Source: a virus (lineage: Duplodnaviria; Caudoviricetes). From it: a DNA stretch of 37,364 bases. The stretch lies in the IMG/VR virus record IMGVR_UViG_3300025000_000251, positions 1 to 37,364 of that record; one strand, 5' to 3'. Every line of letters begins with the position of its first letter. Position 1 is the stretch's first letter. The notes beneath the pieces were generated by a model that made no database searches, was not told the DNA's origin, and saw only the letters and a list, made by a program, of their open reading frames with translations. The position numbers and the translations under genes are program-made. Positions 6,807 through 16,846 of the stretch are shown here, in pieces.

Positions 6807-8438
6807 ATGCTGCCGGCAATGGAGGACCAGATTGCCGTCTATGGGCAGATCCTCGAGCTGTGCATCGCAGAGGGCAGGGAGAGGGCCAGGGGCAAGCTGG
6901 AGGTATCACAGCAGGCCTACGATGACGAGGCATCACAGATCAGCACAGACCTGATCTACGAGGCCACCCGCAGGCTCTGCCTCTATGATCTGTTCTACCT
7001 CCTGGCGTTTGTACTCGGCCGGGAAGACATGCGACGCCAGTGGCTCTATGAGCGATGCGTCGAGGTGCAGAACAATCCGGATGGGCATTTGGACCTCTGG
7101 GCGAGAGAGCACTACAAGAGCACGATCATCACCTTTGGCCTGACGATACAAGACATCCTGAAGAACCCGAACATCACGGTTGGAATCTTCAGTCATACCA
7201 AGAGCATAAGCAGGGGATTTCTCAAACAGATCAAGTTCGAGCTCGAGACCAACAGCAAGCTCAAGCGGCTGTTTCCCGAGATCCTCTACGAGACCCCGAG
7301 GAAAGACGCGCCGGCTATCGGCAACAGCTGGACGGATGAGGGGATAACGGTCAAGCGGACCCAGAATTCCAAGGAATGCACCTGTGAAGCGCACGGGGTA
7401 GTGGATGGGCAGCCGACATCCCGCCATTTCTCGCTGCTGATATACGACGACATTGTCACGCTCGAGTCGGTGTCCACGCCCGAACAGATCAAGAAGACGA
7501 CGGAGTCACTGGCGATCAGCTACAACCTCGGCGCCCACGGCGGCAGGAGACGATGGATTGGCACCCGGTATCACTTCAACGACACCTACAAGGCCATCAT
7601 CGATCGAGGCACGGCGATCCAGCGCATCCACTCGGCAACAGACAATGGCCGAGACGACGGGCAGCCGGTGTTCCTCAGTGAGCAGTCACTGATGGAGAAG
7701 AGGAGAGACATGGGACCTTATGTATTTGGTTGTCAAATGCTTCAGGACCCAACGGCCGACAGTGCGCAGGGCTTCAAGCTTGAATGGCTGCGCTACTACG
7801 AGACCGAGCCCGACCTCGGCGAGATGAACATCTACATCCTGGTGGATCCGGCGAACAGCAAGAAAAAGGCCAGCGACTACACCGTCATGTGGGTCGTCGG
7901 CCTGGCGCCTGATCGGAATTACTACCTGCTCGATGGCATCCATGACCGCCTGAACCTGACCCAGAGGACCCAGGCCCTGATGGATCTCCATATGGAATAC
8001 ACCCCGGAGGGCGTGGGCTACGAGCATTTCGGCATCCAGGCAGACATCCAGCACATAGAGGCCGAGATGGAGAGGATGCACTACCGGTTCACGATCACGC
8101 CGCTCTCCGACAGTACGCCCAAGAACGACAGGATCCGCCGGCTGGTGCCGATCTTCGAGCAGAGTCGGATCATCCTCCCCCGGGCGATCTGGAAAACGAA
8201 TTACGAGGGTAAGCGGGTCAACCTGATCACCGAGCTGATCAACGATGAGTATGTCCCGTTTCCGGTCATGCTGCATGACGACATGCTCGATGACCTGGCC
8301 AACATCAGACACCCGAAGATGGTCATGACGTTCCCACGGTTTGTCAGGCGCGAGCGCAAGGAAAGCTGGCAGGACAAGCTGAAGCGCAAGCTGGACGAGG
8401 CTGGAGGCAATACCGCCACATCGCACATGAGCAACTGA
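6807..8438 (+). CDS. terL: Terminase large subunit
   Basis: Walker A variant AREHYKST, Walker B LLIYDD, motif IGTRY, nuclease acidic motifs LVDPA and HDDMLD. Confidence 0.93.
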   Translation: MLPAMEDQIAVYGQILELCIAEGRERARGKLEVSQQAYDDEASQISTDLIYEATRRLCLYDLFYLLAFVLGREDMRRQWLYERCVEVQNNPDGHLDLWAREHYKSTIITFGLTIQDILKNPNITVGIFSHTKSISRGFLKQIKFELETNSKLKRLFPEILYETPRKDAPAIGNSWTDEGITVKRTQNSKECTCEAHGVVDGQPTSRHFSLLIYDDIVTLESVSTPEQIKKTTESLAISYNLGAHGGRRRWIGTRYHFNDTYKAIIDRGTAIQRIHSATDNGRDDGQPVFLSEQSLMEKRRDMGPYVFGCQMLQDPTADSAQGFKLEWLRYYETEPDLGEMNIYILVDPANSKKKASDYTVMWVVGLAPDRNYYLLDGIHDRLNLTQRTQALMDLHMEYTPEGVGYEHFGIQADIQHIEAEMERMHYRFTITPLSDSTPKNDRIRRLVPIFEQSRIILPRAIWKTNYEGKRVNLITELINDEYVPFPVMLHDDMLDDLANIRHPKMVMTFPRFVRRERKESWQDKLKRKLDEAGGNTATSHMSN

Positions 8439-10594
8439 TGACAGACATCACCAAGCTAAAGGCCAGAGGGGACAAGCTACCGGAAGTGCCCGAGGAGGAA
8501 CTCGCCAGGCAGAATATGGCGAGATACCAGTACATCCTCTCGACAGGTCACCGGAAGTACATGCTCACGGCGAGATACAACGAAGATTGCTATCTCGGCG
8601 GCGGCCTGCAGTGGAAAGAAGCAGACCGCAAGGAGATGAACGGCGCCAAGCGACCGATGATCGAGCTCAACCACATCCTGCCGGCGGTCAACAGTGCAAC
8701 CGGCATGCAGTTGCATAGCCGGGTCGACATGTCCTTTCTTCCCCGGGGTGGTGGTGCGGATGAGCAGTCGGCCCAGTTGCTTACCAAGCTGGTGGCCCAG
8801 ATCTGCGACAACATCAATTACCAGTGGACCGAGAGCCAGGTGTTCGAGGATGGCCTGATCGAGCAGCGTGGCTACCTCGATTTCCGCATGGAGTTCGACC
8901 AGAACTTCAATGGCGAGATCGGCCTGTCGCTTATCGATCCCCTGGACGGCATGCCTGATCCGGATGCCAGAAGCTACGACCCCGAGGACTGGGCCGACTG
9001 GACTGTCAACCGCTGGTACAGCCGCGACGACATCGAGCAGAACTACGGCGAGGACATGGCGGCAAAGGTGGAACAGCAGGCCGACGCCTACTTCGCCGAG
9101 GGTGACAGCTTTCTTTCCAGGCCCCACTTCAACGAGGACAGCGATGGTAGCGGCTTTGACGGCTGGGTCACGCAGGCAAAGGACGACAAGAGCACCAGGC
9201 TCTATCTGATCATCGATCGGCAACAGCGGCGCCTGATCAGGGGCAAGGTCCATATCAGCTTCACCGGCGACATCACCCCGGTGGACCTGATGGACGAGAG
9301 AGAGATGGCCCGGGCTGAGGAGGATGATGCAGGCTTCTTCTCCGTGTCGAAGTACAAGAGGATCCGCTGGACCGTGACCTGTGGCGCTATCGTGCTGCAC
9401 GACGACTGGTCCCCATACAAGAGCTATACCGTCCGGCCCTATTTCGCTTACTTCCGACGCGGCAGGACCAGGGGCATGGTCGACAATCTCAGATCTCCCC
9501 AGGAGCTCGAGAACAAGAGCATCACAAATTACCTGGAGATCCTTGGCTCATCGAGCAATAGCGGCTGGGATGTGCCTGATGGGTCCCTGATCAACATGAC
9601 TCCGGAGGACCTGAAGAAGAACGGCGGCAAGAATGGCCTGGTGCTTGTTTACAAGGCGGCCGTCGATGGCAGTAAGCCGACCAAGCGGCAGGCCAACCAG
9701 GCCCCGCATGGCGCCGACAGGCTCGTAGACCGGGCAGAGCAGAGCATCAAGACGATCTCGGGCATGAGCGATGCGGTCCAGGGCCTCAATAGCAACGAGG
9801 TGTCGGGCAAGGCGATCCAGTCCAAGCAATACATGGGACAGATCCAGCTCGGCCGGCCGCTCGATAACCTCGAGTTCACCAGGCGGATGGCAGCTGGGAA
9901 AATAGTCGAGTTGATCCAGCAGTTTTACACCTCCGAGCGAGTCTTCCGCATTGTCGACAGGGACACCGGCGAGACCCAGGAGGAGCTGGTGATCAACGAA
10001 GTGACGGTCGATGGCGTCCTGAACGACGTGACGATCGGCAAATACGACGTGGTCATCACCGACACCCCGACCCATGCCACCTTCGAGGAGAGCCAGTTCA
10101 ACCAGGTCATGGAGATGAAGAAAGAGGGCGTCGCCATCCCGGATCGCCACATCGTCCTGGCCAGCTCGTATGCCAAGAAGCATCAGCTTGCCAAGGAACT
10201 CGAGGAGCTCGAGGCCTCAAGGGCTGCCGATCCTCTGGTCGAAGCAGAAAGGGCGCTCAAGGAAGCGCAGGCCGAGAAGGTTCAGGCCGAAACCGTCGGC
10301 GTCCGGTCTGAGTACCAATACACCTCATTGCAGACAGCCGGCGTCATCGCCACGAACCCGAGCACGGCGCCACTGGCTGATGTGCTGATGCGTTCGGCCG
10401 GAGCTGTTGACATGGATGCACCGCCCCTGCTGCCCTCGTTCCCTGAGGATGCACAGAGCGTTTATCGCGAGACCGGGGAAAGGCCTGTCGACTTCCCGAC
10501 CAACACCAACCCATTAACCCCCGTGCCGCCCTCGGGACCGCCTTCCCCATTGGATGGCGTGAACCAGGGGATTGAGACACAGGTGATCGATTAA
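8438..10594 (+). CDS. Portal protein (P22/N4-like podovirus type)
   Basis: 718 aa, follows TerL; GxQW, RP...N, GMVDNLRSPQ, SGKAI and GKYDV motifs; helical C-terminal region. Confidence 0.88.
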   Translation: MTDITKLKARGDKLPEVPEEELARQNMARYQYILSTGHRKYMLTARYNEDCYLGGGLQWKEADRKEMNGAKRPMIELNHILPAVNSATGMQLHSRVDMSFLPRGGGADEQSAQLLTKLVAQICDNINYQWTESQVFEDGLIEQRGYLDFRMEFDQNFNGEIGLSLIDPLDGMPDPDARSYDPEDWADWTVNRWYSRDDIEQNYGEDMAAKVEQQADAYFAEGDSFLSRPHFNEDSDGSGFDGWVTQAKDDKSTRLYLIIDRQQRRLIRGKVHISFTGDITPVDLMDEREMARAEEDDAGFFSVSKYKRIRWTVTCGAIVLHDDWSPYKSYTVRPYFAYFRRGRTRGMVDNLRSPQELENKSITNYLEILGSSSNSGWDVPDGSLINMTPEDLKKNGGKNGLVLVYKAAVDGSKPTKRQANQAPHGADRLVDRAEQSIKTISGMSDAVQGLNSNEVSGKAIQSKQYMGQIQLGRPLDNLEFTRRMAAGKIVELIQQFYTSERVFRIVDRDTGETQEELVINEVTVDGVLNDVTIGKYDVVITDTPTHATFEESQFNQVMEMKKEGVAIPDRHIVLASSYAKKHQLAKELEELEASRAADPLVEAERALKEAQAEKVQAETVGVRSEYQYTSLQTAGVIATNPSTAPLADVLMRSAGAVDMDAPPLLPSFPEDAQSVYRETGERPVDFPTNTNPLTPVPPSGPPSPLDGVNQGIETQVID

Positions 10595-10614
10595 CCCATA
10601 ACAGGAGTTTAGCT

Positions 10615-11649
10615 ATGCCGGATGGATCCCTGATTGACGATGATGAGATGTTCGTTTTGACCCCTGACGTACTGCAGCGCGATGTGCCTGAGGAGCTGGC
10701 GATGAAGCGTGGTGACATGCCTTCGCCGGATACCCTCGATGCCCCGGTTGAGGTGGTACTGGATGAGGACAAGCCCCCGGTCGAGACCGACGAAGACGAG
10801 GTGCACACTGACGGCGCTGGTGGCGACGCGGTCGCTGGTGATGGCGAGGGTGAGGGTGAGCTCGAGCTCGATCCTGCCGCGGCTCCAGGCGCTGATGGCG
10901 AGGGCAAGAAGACTCCCAAGGACGTGCCGTATGGCCGACTGGCCGACAAGGTGGCAGAGAACCAGGCGCTCAAAGACGAGATCGCCAGGCTCAAGGCTGC
11001 CCCGGCAGCTGCTGCACCTGTAGTGCCAGCGCTGCCGGCCTTCAACCTGGATGCCAAGTACAAGGAATACGCCGACCTGGTGTCAGACGGCGAGACCGAA
11101 GAGGCCACCAAGGTCATGAAGGAGATTGACAACTTCAAGGACATGCAGGCCGAGGCCAAGCTCATCACTATCGTGGAGCGGCGGGAGTCGAGGGGCAGGG
11201 CACAGGTGATCGTCAATGAGCTGCTCACTGAGCAGAAGGATTTCTTTGCCGACCAGGACAACGTCGACATTTTCGATGGCGCCAAGAATGCGCTCCTGGC
11301 CAAAGGCTACAGCCTCGACAAGGCCCTGGCGGCAGTCAGCAAGCGGTTCTTCGGTGAGAAGAAGCCGGCTGTTGTCGAGCAAACCCAGGAAGAGAAGGAC
11401 AAGGCTGCTGCCGATCAGGCCAAGATTGATGCCGATAAGGCCAAGGTCGACGCCATCAAGGAAGAGCAACGGAAGAAGACGGTGGTTGCCGGCGGCAAGG
11501 CCGCTGCCCAGCAACCGTCTCCCGTTAATTCGGGGCGATCGGCACGGGCAACCCCGACAGCCAAACCCAATGCGCTGACCCTGACAGAGGTGGAACGCAA
11601 GTCCATGTCCGAGAAAGAGAAGCGCAAGGCCCGGGGCGATTTCGTTTAG
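10615..11649 (+). CDS. Capsid scaffolding protein
   Basis: Acidic disordered N-terminus, VPYGRL plus coiled coils, basic C-terminal KRKARGDFV; lies between portal and capsid. Confidence 0.75.
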   Translation: MPDGSLIDDDEMFVLTPDVLQRDVPEELAMKRGDMPSPDTLDAPVEVVLDEDKPPVETDEDEVHTDGAGGDAVAGDGEGEGELELDPAAAPGADGEGKKTPKDVPYGRLADKVAENQALKDEIARLKAAPAAAAPVVPALPAFNLDAKYKEYADLVSDGETEEATKVMKEIDNFKDMQAEAKLITIVERRESRGRAQVIVNELLTEQKDFFADQDNVDIFDGAKNALLAKGYSLDKALAAVSKRFFGEKKPAVVEQTQEEKDKAAADQAKIDADKAKVDAIKEEQRKKTVVAGGKAAAQQPSPVNSGRSARATPTAKPNALTLTEVERKSMSEKEKRKARGDFV

Positions 11650-11843
11650 TCGACCCCAGAACCTCCCGGTTGCAGCCTGACCGGGAGTGGAGTGTGACCA
11701 ATCGTGGCGCCGGTCATTAAAGGCATCCACAGATCCAGCCCCCGACTGGCGTTAAATGTCGATCCAGGTCCCCAACACGACCGTCAACTGTGATGGAAAA
11801 AACTGAAGTTCCTACGTTTTTCTAATTTCACAAGGAGATCGAC

Positions 11844-12965
11844 ATGAATGCAACGAATTTCGCCGGCCTGACTTCCGAAGAAAAAACCTACTGGATGGCG
11901 GACATCTGGTCCTACATGCGCTCGGAGTCCTTTGTTTCCAAGCTCATGGCGGACAACACCAACGCCGCGATTCAGCATATCAAAAAGCTGACCAAGACCG
12001 AGAAAGGCACCAGGGCCATCATGCAGCTGGTCGCCGAGCTGCGCAAGCGTGGTGTCGCCAACGATAACGAGCGGGAAGGCCGTGAAGAGGCCCTGCAGAA
12101 CTACGATATCGACATCAACATGGGGCTCATCTCCCATCAGGTGAAGAACAAGGGCAAGTTGTCTGACCAGCAGTCGGTCATCAATTTCCGCGAGACCGGC
12201 CGCGACCGCCTGAAGTACTGGCTGGCCGACGCCGTGGACATCATGGCCTTCCTGACCCTCTCGGGCATCTCTCTCGACTACAACCTGGACGGCTCTCTCT
12301 ATAGCGTCAAGGAGGCCGAGGACAATCCCTGGAACGAGCTGTCCTTTGCGGCAGACATCACCGCGCCCTCGGCCGGCCGCCATTTCTATTTCGACGGCAC
12401 CGACCTGCAGGCTGGCAACACCGGCGCAATAGCCTCTACCTGTGTGCCGAAGTACGGGGCACTGGTCGACATCAAGGCCTATGCCAAGACCAGCCACATG
12501 AAGCCCATCCGCATGGGCGGCAAGGAGTACTACCTCTGGGTCACCGACCCGCGCAACCTGGCAGCCCTGAAGCGCGACACCGACTTCCTGGCCGCCGTCA
12601 CCCAGGCCGGCGCCCGCGGTAGTGAGCAGAACCCCTTCTTCACCGGGGCCATCACCACCGTCGACGGCATCGTCATCATGGAGCACGAGAAATGCTTCAA
12701 CACCAAGGGCGCTCCTCTCGGTTCCAAGTGGGGAATTGGCGGCAACATCAACGGCACCAGATCCTTGTTCCTCGGCGCCCAGGCCCTCGGCATGGTCGAT
12801 GTCGGCGCCCCTGACTGGGTCGAGAAAGAGTTCCAGTACGGGTCCGTGCAGGGCATCTCCACCGACAAGTTCATCGGCTTCCGCAAAGCCCGCTTCGACA
12901 ATCAGTACACCCAGAACGCAGACGAGGATTTCGGCGTCATCGCACTGGACTTCTATATCAAATAA
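11844..12965 (+). CDS. Major capsid protein, N4-gp56/DUF4043 family
   Basis: EGREEAL, F-RE..RD.L..W, NPFFTG, RSLFLGAQAL, KARF and DFGVIALD motifs; AAGGAG SD; strongly biased codon usage. Confidence 0.92.
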   Translation: MNATNFAGLTSEEKTYWMADIWSYMRSESFVSKLMADNTNAAIQHIKKLTKTEKGTRAIMQLVAELRKRGVANDNEREGREEALQNYDIDINMGLISHQVKNKGKLSDQQSVINFRETGRDRLKYWLADAVDIMAFLTLSGISLDYNLDGSLYSVKEAEDNPWNELSFAADITAPSAGRHFYFDGTDLQAGNTGAIASTCVPKYGALVDIKAYAKTSHMKPIRMGGKEYYLWVTDPRNLAALKRDTDFLAAVTQAGARGSEQNPFFTGAITTVDGIVIMEHEKCFNTKGAPLGSKWGIGGNINGTRSLFLGAQALGMVDVGAPDWVEKEFQYGSVQGISTDKFIGFRKARFDNQYTQNADEDFGVIALDFYIK

Positions 12966-12986
12966 GCGCGACCCCGGTCGCACCAT

Positions 12987-13019
12987 GGCAGCGGGCTGAT
13001 GCTTGATCGGCTCGCTGCC
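12987..13019 (+). other. Stable intergenic hairpin after the capsid gene
   Basis: 14-bp stem GGCAGCGGGCTGAT/ATCGGCTCGCTGCC (two GU pairs) with no U-tract, preceded by a small GCGAC/GTCGC hairpin. Confidence 0.55.
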
Positions 13020-13057
13020 GCACCAGGTTCATCAACTATTTCACAAGGAGTTATCCC

Positions 13058-13459
13058 ATGAAAGCAAGCCTGAAAGTACGAAGCGAGGGCGTTAGCAACC
13101 CCTGTATCCGCATCGCCAAGTTCGATTTCAACGATTTTCTCGTCGCCGGCGCCGTGCCCTGCATCGAGGTCCCCGGGGACGCTATCCCGCTGGGTGGTTT
13201 CCTGGTCATCGAGAGCGCATTCGATGCCCTGTCGACGCTTGCGGTAGGCAATGCGGCATCGGCCGATGTCTATCTCGCCGCGACTGATGCTACCGCGTTG
13301 GCCAAAACCGCTCTCGATGCGGACTGGCTCAATGCCGGTTGCCCTATCGGTACCAAGCAGATGATCGCCATCACGCCTTCTGGTCCCTTGACTCAGGGGT
13401 CTGGCTATCTGGTGGTCGAGTATGCACGACTGGGTAGCAGCTATACGACCCAGGGTTAA
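13058..13459 (+). CDS. Probable capsid decoration/cement protein
   Basis: 133 aa, beta-rich, ending GSGYLVVEY; directly after the capsid gene with an AAGGAG SD. Confidence 0.6.
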   Translation: MKASLKVRSEGVSNPCIRIAKFDFNDFLVAGAVPCIEVPGDAIPLGGFLVIESAFDALSTLAVGNAASADVYLAATDATALAKTALDADWLNAGCPIGTKQMIAITPSGPLTQGSGYLVVEYARLGSSYTTQG

Positions 13460-13529
13460 GGAGCAGCTGAACCATTAACCGGTCGGGCCTCCAGTCGGGG
13501 GCCTGGCCAATACATTCAAGAGGAACGCT

Positions 13530-14033
13530 ATGCCGGAATTATTCAAAACACGTAAAGGCCAGGCCCCTGTGCGCTTGGCATCAACCAGCGGCCATGTGGT
13601 CATCGTCGGAAGCGACTGGCAGGAGGTTCTCGATCCCATGATCCCGGACGCCCTGCGCAGTGGACTGCTGTCGAAAGAATTGTACGAGGCTGCCATGGCT
13701 GAGGTGAAGGCCAATCTGCCGCCGCCTGCACCTGAAGCGCCGCCCGCGCCGCCCGCACCTGAAGCACCTGAAGCACCTGAAGCACCTGAAGCCCCGCCCG
13801 CTGGTCCACCTGCTCCGGCGCCTGATCCGGATCCGGCCCAGCATCTCGAGCGGACGAAGGTAGTTCTGACCGCGGTCAAGGCAGTGCTCGACCTGAAGGC
13901 AACCGGCGAGAGCGTCACCCCCGGCGGCAAGGCCCTGGTCAGCGTCCTCAATGGCGTCCCAAAAGTCGACGCGGTGAGTGAGCTGGCAGGCGTCAAGGTG
14001 ACCGCTGCCGAGATCGAGGAAGCACTGCGATGA
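13530..14033 (+). CDS. Hypothetical virion-module protein with Pro/Ala/Glu linker
   Basis: Two small domains joined by APE repeats; GAGGA SD. Confidence 0.7.
   Translation: MPELFKTRKGQAPVRLASTSGHVVIVGSDWQEVLDPMIPDALRSGLLSKELYEAAMAEVKANLPPPAPEAPPAPPAPEAPEAPEAPEAPPAGPPAPAPDPDPAQHLERTKVVLTAVKAVLDLKATGESVTPGGKALVSVLNGVPKVDAVSELAGVKVTAAEIEEALR
13755..13790 (+). repeat. 9-bp tandem repeat GCACCTGAA x4 (encodes APE)
   Basis: Four exact copies, plus one more at 13728-13736. Confidence 0.9.
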
Positions 14034-14686
14034 ACGGCACGGAGTTGATCGACGATATAGATGATATCGTCTCAGATCCGCGATTCACAAGGGCATGGTT
14101 CTTGGCCCGGTTGAACCGGGGGTTGATGGCGGTTGCCGGCCGGGTGCTCCTGCCTGGCCTGGCGGACGGGTCCGCTTCCATTAACACCGTTCTTGGTAAC
14201 CATATCGTAACACTACCGGAAACCTATCACCGGACCCTGTATCAGGCATCTATCAACGGGGCGCCGGTGAGAATCTACCCAAGCATCGGCATAATGCGCG
14301 ATGAAGGTTTTAATCTCAACAACGACGCCGGATCAGTCCTTGGCGTCTCCGTTAATGCCGGGTCGCTATTTTACCAGCGGGTACCGGCTGTTGTGACCGC
14401 GATATCTCTCCGTTTCTACCGCAAACCTACGGCGCTGGCCGACACTACCGCCAGTTATCCGGATGGCCTTGGCGGTAGTACAGAAATGGCCGAGATGCTT
14501 GACCAGGCGTTGGTCGGCTATGTCTGCAATGCGGCATACTCGCGGATCGAGGATGGCATTGAAGGGCAAATGGTCAATACCAATTATCACCTTGGTAGGC
14601 ATGAGGATGCTATTGACAAGATGTCAAAGGGCTTCGGACGCGCAACGCCGATGCCAGAACCCCCGGTTGTTGAGTTCAGGTGGTGA
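14030..14686 (+). CDS. Head-tail adaptor / tail tubular A-like protein
   Basis: Position, about 220 aa, helical N-terminus (LARLNRG), central beta region, YRKP motif and helical C-terminus. Confidence 0.6.
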   Translation: MNGTELIDDIDDIVSDPRFTRAWFLARLNRGLMAVAGRVLLPGLADGSASINTVLGNHIVTLPETYHRTLYQASINGAPVRIYPSIGIMRDEGFNLNNDAGSVLGVSVNAGSLFYQRVPAVVTAISLRFYRKPTALADTTASYPDGLGGSTEMAEMLDQALVGYVCNAAYSRIEDGIEGQMVNTNYHLGRHEDAIDKMSKGFGRATPMPEPPVVEFRW

Positions 14687-14690
14687 TGGA

Positions 14691-15650
14691 ATGAAACTCT
14701 CCATACTCAAAGGTTCTTCCGGGCTACGAACACAACCAGACCCGTCACGCTCCCCGTACTTCAAAGGGCAAGGCGGGTTTCCCGGGCAGATCGGACTGGT
14801 CGATCTCGCCGCCTGCATGAACGTCGATATCACCGATGGCAACATGATCATGCGGCGCCGGGGAATAACCAAGCGCGTCCCGGAAAATGCCCATTCGATC
14901 TATCAGGTCGGCCCGTACTGCCTGTTCGTGATCGATGACGGACTGTGGCTGCTCAAACCTGGATTCACCGGGTATGTGCAGATTGCTACCGTCACGCCTG
15001 CCCCGGTCTGTTGCGAGGTGGTGGATGGGGTTGGATATTGGTCGAATGGCATCCAGAAAGGCAAGATCGTGGGTGGGGTTAATCAGCCTTGGGTGAAGGC
15101 GGCAACGGTTTACTCCAACAACCAGACGAGGATCTACGAAGACCCGCCAGCCGGGAACATCCTAGGATATTGGAACGGGAGAATGTACGTGGCTGGCATA
15201 GCCGAAGACCGGAAGGTGGTCAGGTATTCTGAGGCATACGGACCTGACCTGTTCGCCCCGGCAGATGGATATCTCTCCCTTGAATCCGCCGTGACGATGG
15301 TTCGCCCGGTCGCAGGCGGGATCTATATCTCCGAGTCCGAGTTGACATGGTTTGTTTCAGGCGATCAGTTGAAACCAGATTGGAAAGTGGTTGATAATCA
15401 CCCGGCCCTGCCCTGGTCAAGCAAGCCCGCAGTCGGGGCAATGTCCATGGACCAGAGCGGAAGCTATGTCTGGCAGGCTGGCGGCAAGACCGAAGTTGCC
15501 TTTTGGCTCACCAACGAAGGCGTTATGTTCGGCGATTCTGCCGGCAACGTCGCGAATATCACCGAGGACAAGATTGACCTCGTTCCCCCTTACACATCAG
15601 GTGCGATCCTCATTGATGGATCAACCTTACTCGCGCAGTTCATCAAATAA
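14691..15650 (+). CDS. Tail nozzle/stabilisation-like beta-propeller protein
   Basis: NVDI...RRRG N-terminal motif and GRMYVA..VRYSE blade-like motifs; true start is probably ATG 14691. Confidence 0.5.
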   Translation: MKLSILKGSSGLRTQPDPSRSPYFKGQGGFPGQIGLVDLAACMNVDITDGNMIMRRRGITKRVPENAHSIYQVGPYCLFVIDDGLWLLKPGFTGYVQIATVTPAPVCCEVVDGVGYWSNGIQKGKIVGGVNQPWVKAATVYSNNQTRIYEDPPAGNILGYWNGRMYVAGIAEDRKVVRYSEAYGPDLFAPADGYLSLESAVTMVRPVAGGIYISESELTWFVSGDQLKPDWKVVDNHPALPWSSKPAVGAMSMDQSGSYVWQAGGKTEVAFWLTNEGVMFGDSAGNVANITEDKIDLVPPYTSGAILIDGSTLLAQFIK

Positions 15651-15662
15651 AGGAGACGTACC

Positions 15663-16394
15663 ATGGCTATTCGTTTCAGCACAGGTTTACGCGACAAAAT
15701 GTATGGTTCTGATAGGGCGCTCGTTCATGCCGCCCTGGCAGGGAACAACATCAGTTTTGACAATGCCACTGGCGAGATCAGACACGCAGGTAATGGCCTG
15801 TTGACCGCTGGTTTTCTGGTTGGCGATAAGGTTCGGGCGTTTGGCACGGCGAATAACAATGCCACGTTCACCGTCACGGCTATCGTTGCCGGGGCCGCTA
15901 CCGTAACCCCCGCGCCAACCACCGAGGCAGCTGGAACGATCTTCGCCCTTGCCGCAGCGACAGGTGGGCAACTTCGGGATGTCATGCGGAACTGCGTCAT
16001 CCGCGAGTATTCCGGTTCGCAGCCTGCCAATGCTGATGCCGCAGTCGGGACCGCTACTTTACTGGCCGAATATACCAATAATGGCGAGGCATTCGCTCAC
16101 GGGGCCGCTGCAAACGGGTTGAACTTTGACGTTAGCTCAGGTGGTGTCATCGCAACCGCCGCAGCAGAGACTCCCAAGGGTACAGGGCTTGCCAACGGTA
16201 CGGCTGGATGGATTCGAATTTGCGCCAATCCCACGGACAATGGCCTTCTTTCAACGACACTCCCGCGCATTGACATGTCGGTCGGTACGACTTCCGGCGT
16301 TGACGCTTTGGTTGCTACGACTGCCATTCAGCTTGGGAAAGTCTATTACCTCAACTCCGGTTCGTTCACCTTCCCGTATCAGTATGGGGTGTAA
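15663..16394 (+). CDS. Virion structural protein (Ala/Gly/Thr-rich)
   Basis: MAIRFSTGLR, YSGSQPANADAA and GTAGWIR motifs seen in tail-associated proteins; AAGGAG SD. Confidence 0.6.
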   Translation: MAIRFSTGLRDKMYGSDRALVHAALAGNNISFDNATGEIRHAGNGLLTAGFLVGDKVRAFGTANNNATFTVTAIVAGAATVTPAPTTEAAGTIFALAAATGGQLRDVMRNCVIREYSGSQPANADAAVGTATLLAEYTNNGEAFAHGAAANGLNFDVSSGGVIATAAAETPKGTGLANGTAGWIRICANPTDNGLLSTTLPRIDMSVGTTSGVDALVATTAIQLGKVYYLNSGSFTFPYQYGV

Positions 16395-16396
16395 TC

Positions 16397-16837
16397 ATGG
16401 CTGCTTCTCAATTTGCAGTATTCCACACATTTAAAGCGAGGTTGGGGCAGAAACTCATTGACCTCGACAGCGACGATATCAAGTGTGCTCTCATTGCCTC
16501 AACATGGACCCCTGACCTAGCAGCACATGCGAACTGGGCTGACATCTCGGCCAACGAGATCACTGGCGATGGGTACACGGCTGGCGGTCTTGCTGTTACC
16601 AATGAGGCGTTCACCAATGCAGCAGGAACTGTTACGTGGGATTGCGACGACCCGGCATGGACCGCAGGGGCTTCAGGGATTGCCGCTCGATATGCGGTGT
16701 TTTATGACAACACCGACGCGAATAAAACCCTGATCTGCTACAGCCTTCTCGATACTGCCCCGGCAGATCACAGTGTTACCAGTGGCCAGGTATTCTTGAT
16801 CACGTTGCCCGCAACTGGAATTTTCCAACTGGCGTAA
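16397..16837 (+). CDS. Virion structural (tail-associated) protein
   Basis: DLDSDDIKCALI, GYTAGG and ARYAVFY motifs of a common small phage structural family. Confidence 0.6.
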   Translation: MAASQFAVFHTFKARLGQKLIDLDSDDIKCALIASTWTPDLAAHANWADISANEITGDGYTAGGLAVTNEAFTNAAGTVTWDCDDPAWTAGASGIAARYAVFYDNTDANKTLICYSLLDTAPADHSVTSGQVFLITLPATGIFQLA

Positions 16838-16846
16838 GGAGTAGCC

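Noticed and set aside
7686-12986. Long minus-strand ORFs (e.g. 7686..8426, 8477..9400, 10344..11303, 11784..12986)
   Set aside because: They lie antisense to TerL, portal, scaffold and capsid. Such shadows are expected with high GC3 codon bias, and they show no SD or recognisable motifs.
14463-14690. N-terminal extension of the 14463..15650 ORF
   Set aside because: It overlaps the adaptor gene by more than 220 nt; ATG 14691, just after the upstream stop, is the more plausible start.
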